Shown here piece after piece: positions 62,230-64,000 of a DNA stretch of 64,000 nt (position 1 is the first letter of the stretch; every line of letters begins with the position of its first letter). Source of the DNA: Oopsacas minuta (taxonomy: Eukaryota > Animalia > Porifera); assembly GCA_024704765.1 (NCBI GenBank), contig JAKMXF010000044.1:806001-870000 (forward strand), in the 5' to 3' direction. Made by a program: the position numbers and the translations under genes. The notes under the pieces were generated by a model. It saw only the letters and a program-made list of their open reading frames with translations. It ran no database searches and was not told the origin of the DNA.

Positions 62230-62871
62230 ATGATATACCTGAATTCCATCATATTTGTGTGTCTATGTCTGTGTGTTGCTACAGTAAGCACTCAATCTAG
62301 CTGTACAGTAGCTCAAAATTGCACTCGGGCGGTCCTCAATCCTCTCAGCAGCGATCAGTATGTACAGTGTGTGTTAGGGGAATGTGCTTGTGAAGGCGAG
62401 AACAATTGCTTCACATTTAATTCAACCGCTACATATTCACGGGATTCCTGTGTGCTAGATACTCGCTGCTACACCTACACCTCCTTGGGAGTGTGTGAGA
62501 GTACAGCCAGGGACTCGATGACTGCTCTTCTGTTACAGATATTCGCAGGTGGAGTAGGAGCAGCCAACTTTTATATCGGTAGGACTGACTTAGCAGGAGG
62601 ACAGTTATTCCTCTTTCTAGCACTTTTTACATTTTCATGTTGTACCTTTTGTGTAAGTTGTTGTATCAAACCAGCATTGTCATGTGGAAATAAAGATACT
62701 TACTTGTATGGGTGGCTTTGTGCTGGTGTTCTTTTTCTAGTTATGTTGATAATTCTTGTTCTCCTTCTTATTATTTTATTAATTAATCCTATCTGGTGGG
62801 CAGCTGATATGATTATTTTCGCTACTAACCAGCGTACAGATATTAACGGTTGCAGACTAAATCAGCCCTAG
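62230..62871 (+). CDS. TM2-domain membrane protein with a signal peptide and a Cys-rich ectodomain
   Basis: Hydrophobic N-terminus, Cys-rich segment, ALLLQIFAGGVGAANFYIGRTDLAGGQL (TM2 signature), WWAADMIIF. Confidence 0.8.
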   Translation: MIYLNSIIFVCLCLCVATVSTQSSCTVAQNCTRAVLNPLSSDQYVQCVLGECACEGENNCFTFNSTATYSRDSCVLDTRCYTYTSLGVCESTARDSMTALLLQIFAGGVGAANFYIGRTDLAGGQLFLFLALFTFSCCTFCVSCCIKPALSCGNKDTYLYGWLCAGVLFLVMLIILVLLLIILLINPIWWAADMIIFATNQRTDINGCRLNQP

Positions 62872-63750
62872 ATTGAATAAATAAGTGTGTGCTATGAGTA
62901 TTATATTAATCAAGAGAGTGTACTACCTGACTATTGGATTTGTTGTTTTGTTTTTCATTAAATCTACTTGATTTACTATGTTAGCTACTTCAAATATATA
63001 TCAGTGCAGCAGTTATAGGGAGATGTCGTATTGGCATTGGGAAAACCAACAATACCTAATTGGTATTAGAGAATTCTAGAAGGAAACTGTTCTGTTTCTA
63101 GTATAGTGGACCATCGTTAATCCGAATAAAGGTTATATAACTAATGTTCAAAAGACGTAATAATATCTAATTTCACTGCGGACATTTACAAAATACACAT
63201 GTTGGTAGTCTATCCATCGTTTGTACAACTTTCGAAAATGTGGACCTGGAACCAATAGTATTGTTTAAATGCATTCACTAACCCGAACAAATTCACCAAT
63301 CTGAATCCGAACGAAATATTTCGTTAGTGGCACGCTGATAGGATTAGCGAGGATGGATGTACTGTATTTATATCCACGGACATTTATATTTATGATTTTG
63401 TTGTTAGATCTTTAATATTTGCATCTTTACAAATTACAGGTCGTGTATCAGCTGAAACAGAAATGTATTCAGTGTATTCTACATAATTCAACACTCGTTG
63501 GGATATGAAAATTAAGTCGGATTATCACAGGTTCTACATTACAAGAAATATATTGAGATCTAATTAGTATCATTTAACCTCAGACGCGGACGTATAGACG
63601 ACACATAAAACGACACAAATCGAATAATAGTGAGTAACACAAACTAAAACATTAACTAATAGACTCAAACCAGTAAATCTTAAGGTAAACAATGTTACCA
63701 TCTAAGGTACAATCTAAAATACACGAACATCAGTACTCATGATATCCGGG

Positions 63751-64000
63751 TCACCACCAGGAAACCTTAAGCTCTCCCCTCTTACAACTACCGTCACTCG
63801 TGTCACACGTGTATCCAGAAGGACAGCAGTGTTTGTGGTCGTCACAGCACACGGCGTTCAACACTGGACAGCAACCGAATTCATTATCCCCAGCTGGGCA
63901 GCAAGTATTTTTATCTGGACACTGTTGTTTGTCTCCTGGACAAATCACACTCTCGACTTCTTCTACTTTATCACATGTACCACTTTGTAGGTCGCAGGTT
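63751..64000 (-). CDS. GRN: 3' end of progranulin (last granulin module and the end of the preceding one)
   Basis: TCDLQSGTCDK...VICPGDKQQCPDKNTCC...GCCPVLNAVCCDDHKHCCPSGYTCDTSDGSC: the 12-Cys granulin pattern; runs off the right edge. Confidence 0.92.
   Translation of the reverse strand, partial: TCDLQSGTCDKVEEVESVICPGDKQQCPDKNTCCPAGDNEFGCCPVLNAVCCDDHKHCCPSGYTCDTSDGSCKRGELKVSWW

Overview
AT-rich eukaryotic (animal) genomic DNA with short GT-AG introns and many intronless housekeeping genes. The compact gene set and the NHL-repeat gene style resemble a sponge, most like a hexactinellid; this is inference and was not searched. Left part, almost all minus strand: an ORF missed by the track (PPxY, degenerate WW, Gly-X-Y, GGxGG), AMN1, SUPV3L1, a 6-ankyrin IkB/Bcl3-like gene, Aurora kinase, MMAA, ZIP13, an intact DD37E Tc1-like transposon (+), an Sp17-like gene, ACTR10, an atypical Maf-like bZIP (+) and an MFS transporter. 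Centre: an apparently perfect 1854-bp inverted repeat around a 1.7-kb spacer, with mirrored fragments of the left flank beyond the right arm. Right part, almost all plus strand: an NHL pseudogene, SGPL1, PRPF38B, a decayed DD37E element (-), a DOK-like adaptor, a SHC-like adaptor with 12 YDN motifs, a TM2-domain gene and the 3' end of progranulin (-). Several hAT-, pogo- and Harbinger-type MITEs are interspersed. No rRNA, tRNA or CRISPR array was recognised. Splice models were built by hand and are approximate.
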